DNA of 55,444 nucleotides from Chlamydiota bacterium (GTDB lineage Bacteria; Chlamydiota; Chlamydiia; Chlamydiales; RGXB01): NCBI GenBank assembly GCA_010031885.1, contig RGYU01000001.1, positions 1 to 55,444 of the forward strand, read 5' to 3'. Shown piece by piece: positions 51,981 to 55,444 of this stretch (position 1 is its first letter; each line of letters starts with the position of its first letter). The notes under the pieces were generated by a model. It saw only the letters and a program-made list of their open reading frames with translations, ran no database searches and was not told where the DNA came from. The position numbers and the translations under genes were made by a program.

Positions 51981-53045
51981 CTAAGCAATAGTAATTTTAG
52001 CGTCCAAGTAGACGTCTTGCACCGATTGGATGAGCTTTACCCCGTCCTTGAAAGGCTTTTGAAAAGCCTTACGTCCCATAATCAGACCGCTACCTCCTGC
52101 CCTTTTGTTCACAATTGCTGTGTAAATCGCCTCCGAAAAATCCTCTTTTTCATTTTTGGTGGATGCGCCCCCTGAATTGATGAGTGGAATCTTGCCAGAA
52201 AAACAATTGAGCACCTGGTAGCGTGTGTAATCAATTGGATGATCTTTGCAAAGATCGGTGTAACATCTAGGATCGGTTTTACCAAATTTTAGAGCATTAA
52301 AACCACCATTACATGTAGGGAGCTTTTGCTTGATGATATCGGCCTGAATAGTGCATCCAATATGGCAAGCCTGGGCAGTGAGATCCGCCGCCAAATGATA
52401 ATCAGTTTCACCTACCTTGAATGCAGGGTTTCTTAAATAGCACCATAAAACAGTTGCCATCCCCAATTCATGTGCATACGCAAATGCATGGGAAATTTCG
52501 GTGATTTGACGATTCGATTCGGGTGATCCAAAATAGATCGTCGCTCCCACGGCGGTGGCCCCCATATTATATGCCTCCTTGACAGAACCAAAAAGGACTT
52601 GGTCATGTTGATTTGGGTAACTCAGTAACTGATTGTGATTGATTTTGACTAAAAAAGGGATCTTGTGAGCGTATTTACGTGCATACAATCCCAACACACC
52701 GTAAGTCGATGCAACAGCATTACAACCTGACTCTAAGGCAAGTTTAATAATCATCTCAGGATCAAAAAAATCCACATTAGGAGCAAATGATGCTCCGGCA
52801 GAATGTTCGATACCCTGATCAACCGGCAAAATCGACAAATAACCAGTTCCTCCCAATCTACCGCTAGAAAACATCCTCTCAAGATTGTTTAGAACTTGCT
52901 GGCTACGATCCGATTTCACGTAAATCTCTTCCATCCTCTGCTTTGGATGGTGAAAAAGATTCTCCTTATGGATGCTAGGAGTGTAATCCATCAATTTGTC
53001 TAGGGTCTTTTCCCCTAACAAACTCTCAATCTCTTTGATATCCAT
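51981..53045 (-). CDS. fbaB: Class I fructose-bisphosphate aldolase (DhnA/FbaB type)
   Basis: [19 protein letters not shown] and the overall 354-aa layout match the E. coli FbaB / chlamydial DhnA family. Confidence 0.85.
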   Translation of the reverse strand: MDIKEIESLLGEKTLDKLMDYTPSIHKENLFHHPKQRMEEIYVKSDRSQQVLNNLERMFSSGRLGGTGYLSILPVDQGIEHSAGASFAPNVDFFDPEMIIKLALESGCNAVASTYGVLGLYARKYAHKIPFLVKINHNQLLSYPNQHDQVLFGSVKEAYNMGATAVGATIYFGSPESNRQITEISHAFAYAHELGMATVLWCYLRNPAFKVGETDYHLAADLTAQACHIGCTIQADIIKQKLPTCNGGFNALKFGKTDPRCYTDLCKDHPIDYTRYQVLNCFSGKIPLINSGGASTKNEKEDFSEAIYTAIVNKRAGGSGLIMGRKAFQKPFKDGVKLIQSVQDVYLDAKITIA

Positions 53046-53165
53046 AGATGTTGATGCCTACCGTTGAATTTTGTGTTCAAGATAACAAACAAACCGTTTT
53101 TTTGAGGAGGGAAAGTTTGATTTATCACATGCAATTCCAAAAAATAAAATAGTTTAAGAAGTTAT

Positions 53166-54344
53166 TTAAATCTTTTTGAAAGAATTTTCTATCTCTTCTA
53201 GGGACTTTCCCTGGGTTTCCGGTAAAAAGCGTAGGGTAAATGCAATAGAAATGATTAAAAAGAAAATAAAAATTCCGTACAAGCCACTAACTCCAACTAA
53301 ACGGATCAGATCTAAGGTCGTAAAGGCAACAACAGCATTGAAAAATAGGTTAAAAAATGTTGCGATTGTCATAAGTCTTCCGCGAAATTTTTCAGGGTAG
53401 ATTTCCGCTAGGTATACCCAAACTACGGGACCCATGCTAGTGGCAAATGCTGCAATATAGAGGAGCGTGCCCATTTCAAAATATCCGAAAAGGCTCAAGA
53501 TCAAACCAAGAATCATCCCAACAGATCCATAAACCAAAAGAGGTTTTCTCCCCAATCGGTCAACAAAATAGATAGCAAAAATCGTCATGATAAAATTTAC
53601 AACACCAATTCCTACCGACGCAAATAGGGCAATGTCTCTTGATGCAATTCCTTCCTGTAGTAACAAACTAGGTGCGTAGTAAATAATTGCGTTGATTCCG
53701 GTAACCTGCTGTAAAGAGGCTAATAAAATACCCAAAATCAGTGGTTTTTTTATCTCGGGTCCAAATGTCATCAGGATATCCGTCTTTCTGGTTGGCTCAT
53801 GGGTGAAATGGAATTTCTTACTCATGACTGCTCCAAATAATCCAATTGCAGCAATAAAGGCACTTGCTGCATAGGGGCTTCTCCAAGCACCGCTCTCATC
53901 AATCAAGTAGTTGCTCAAATAACCAAATAAAATCCCCGTTGTGATCAGTAGCTGGTGTAATGAGACAATTCCACCCCTTTTGTCTTTTTGGCTAATTTCG
54001 GCTAAAAACATCGGGGCAACCACAGAGCTTGCGCCGATCGCCACTCCCGATAGTAGCCTTCCTACAATCAACCCATCAATTGTATCAGATAAAGAAAAAA
54101 GGACTGCTCCAGAAAAATAAAGGGCGTAACTTATTACCAAAGAATTGCGCCGCCCAAACCAATCTATGAAAGAAGCAACAAATAAAAGACCTATAAAAGA
54201 GCCAATCAAAAGGCTACCCACCACAATCTCTTGTTGAAATGAGGTATTTAAAAACGTCTCATCTAAAAAGATTAAGGTTCCAGAGATGACACTAAAATTA
54301 AAACCTATTAAGAAAGACGCTATCAAAATAATTAAGTAAATCAT
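53166..54344 (-). CDS. MFS sugar-porter-family transporter (compact, 392 aa)
   Basis: 12 TM helices. GRRNSL, GRLLSGVAIGASSVVAPMFLAEI, VDRLGRK, PETQGKSLEEIE. Confidence 0.8.
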   Translation of the reverse strand: MIYLIILIASFLIGFNFSVISGTLIFLDETFLNTSFQQEIVVGSLLIGSFIGLLFVASFIDWFGRRNSLVISYALYFSGAVLFSLSDTIDGLIVGRLLSGVAIGASSVVAPMFLAEISQKDKRGGIVSLHQLLITTGILFGYLSNYLIDESGAWRSPYAASAFIAAIGLFGAVMSKKFHFTHEPTRKTDILMTFGPEIKKPLILGILLASLQQVTGINAIIYYAPSLLLQEGIASRDIALFASVGIGVVNFIMTIFAIYFVDRLGRKPLLVYGSVGMILGLILSLFGYFEMGTLLYIAAFATSMGPVVWVYLAEIYPEKFRGRLMTIATFFNLFFNAVVAFTTLDLIRLVGVSGLYGIFIFFLIISIAFTLRFLPETQGKSLEEIENSFKKI

Positions 54345-54440
54345 AATTCACTAATTATCAGTGACAGTTTTATTTTTAAATATTTTATTAAAATATTTTT
54401 AATTTAATTAAAAAGTCTGTTAAAAACTGTCTTTTTAAAC

Positions 54441-54956
54441 TTATAATGGACCTATTTCTTCTAACGCGTCTTTTTGAATACATCTTCCACCAAGAAATTT
54501 GGTGTTTTCATACGATAAAAAAGCATGAAATAGTTCTGGATTAGGATCAAAAACCTTAGGCAAAAAAGCTCTATCCCCCTCAAACAAGGGTTTAGTATAA
54601 AGATCTTTCAATGAAACAAATTCCAGAGTTCCTTCTGGATTTTCTCCGTGGGGTTCCCCTTCATACTCTTCAACAAGGAAAACGGCGCCTAGCCAGGTCT
54701 CCCTTTTTTTACCAAACCCGGACCAGTGGACAAAACCTCTAAGGGAAAATCGGGTAGCTTTGATGTTCGCCTCCTCCATAAGCTCTCGATGCATGCACTC
54801 AATAATTGTCTCATTGTCCTCGAGTTTTCCTCCAAGTCCGTTATAAAAGCCCAACTGGTCGTCACTTCTGCGCTTGTGACGATGCACCATCAAAACTGAT
54901 TGTCGATCTTTTGATAAGACGTAGATCAAAGTTCCTATGATTACAAAACCGTGCAT
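54441..54956 (-). CDS. NUDIX hydrolase
   Basis: Nudix box GGKLEDNETIIECMHRELMEEANI. Confidence 0.85.
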   Translation of the reverse strand: MHGFVIIGTLIYVLSKDRQSVLMVHRHKRRSDDQLGFYNGLGGKLEDNETIIECMHRELMEEANIKATRFSLRGFVHWSGFGKKRETWLGAVFLVEEYEGEPHGENPEGTLEFVSLKDLYTKPLFEGDRAFLPKVFDPNPELFHAFLSYENTKFLGGRCIQKDALEEIGPL

Positions 54957-54965
54957 TTTACCTCC

Positions 54966-55442
54966 TTAAACTGCCATATCGCAAAGTCGCTTGCGGATAC
55001 TGTAAAGGTTCTCTTTCATTTTTTCTGTTTGAACAAAACCTTTTATGGAGCAGAATTTATCCTCTATCCAGGGTAAAAAAGACTCTAATACCTGTTTTTT
55101 TTCTATTTGTGTTGCGAGTGGATCAAAATCTAGGAATAACTTAAAGTGATCAAGCAAAAAGCTAAATTCTGACGGGGTTGTAAAAACTTGGTCGGCCACA
55201 TCTTTCAAATTAAGACTCAAAACAAAAAACATCACATCCAGTTTTAAACAATCTTTTTTTTCTTGTAATTTAGCAAATTTATACTCTTTTTCCAAAATAC
55301 CTACATAGGCGTATTGCAAAACGGTAACTGCAATCTGCTCTACCCTGTGGGGATGGAAAACTCGCTTACAGTTTAAAAGTAAACTTCTAAAAGCTATCTC
55401 AACATCTGTTCTTAACGTCGAGGCCTCTTTATCTTTATCCAT
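54966..55442 (-). CDS. Hypothetical protein (may extend beyond the window edge)
   Basis: ORF only. The ATG sits 2 nt from the window end, so an upstream start cannot be excluded. Confidence 0.4.
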   Translation of the reverse strand: MDKDKEASTLRTDVEIAFRSLLLNCKRVFHPHRVEQIAVTVLQYAYVGILEKEYKFAKLQEKKDCLKLDVMFFVLSLNLKDVADQVFTTPSEFSFLLDHFKLFLDFDPLATQIEKKQVLESFLPWIEDKFCSIKGFVQTEKMKENLYSIRKRLCDMAV

Positions 55443-55444
55443 AA

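Noticed and set aside
1-55444. CRISPR arrays, rRNA, insertion sequences, prophage genes
   Set aside because: None were seen. The only tandem repeats are short in-frame coding repeats (29071-29272 and 14325-14366), and no transposase-, integrase- or phage-like ORF appears in the six-frame track.

Overview
This is an AT-rich, densely coding 55.4-kb window with about 50 CDS on both strands and one tRNA-Leu(UAG). I saw no rRNA, CRISPR array, transposase or integrase.

Gene content points to an environmental member of the Chlamydiae; this is an inference that no search has confirmed. The supporting genes are:
- an ATP/ADP translocase (NTT)
- a Lys/Arg-rich histone-like protein with internal repeats
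- pyrG-yqgF(ruvX)-zwf-pgl in the same order as in Chlamydia trachomatis
- a DhnA-type class I aldolase, a PPi-type phosphofructokinase, IspG and GlmS
- many signal-peptide, beta-barrel or Inc-like hypothetical proteins

Housekeeping blocks lie at about 31.4-47.3 kb and 52-55 kb. They alternate with accessory regions at 0.9-24.3 kb and 25-31.3 kb.

The most interesting candidates:
1. A minus-strand run of overlapping genes at 20.2-24.3 kb. It encodes a signal-peptide 'mini-Rhs' protein whose post-DPxG cargo looks like an alpha/beta-hydrolase (lipase-like) toxin. It is followed by a lipoprotein and a small secreted ORF (candidate immunity genes) and an OprB-like porin.
2. Three paralogous GadC-like APC transporters at 25-31.3 kb. 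The first shares an ATGA stop/start overlap with an unusual DUF2071 (ADC-like fold) plus DCC thiol-oxidoreductase fusion. This may be an undescribed decarboxylase/antiporter-type module.
3. An OpcA-Pgl fusion coupled to zwf.
4. A eukaryote-type carnitine/choline acyltransferase.
5. Tandem divergent paralogues of membrane-inserted, disordered-tail (Inc/effector-like) proteins.
6. A DsbB with only one Cys pair, next to a thioredoxin-fold protein that lacks CxxC.

All functional calls come from motif recognition by eye. No database search or structure prediction was run.
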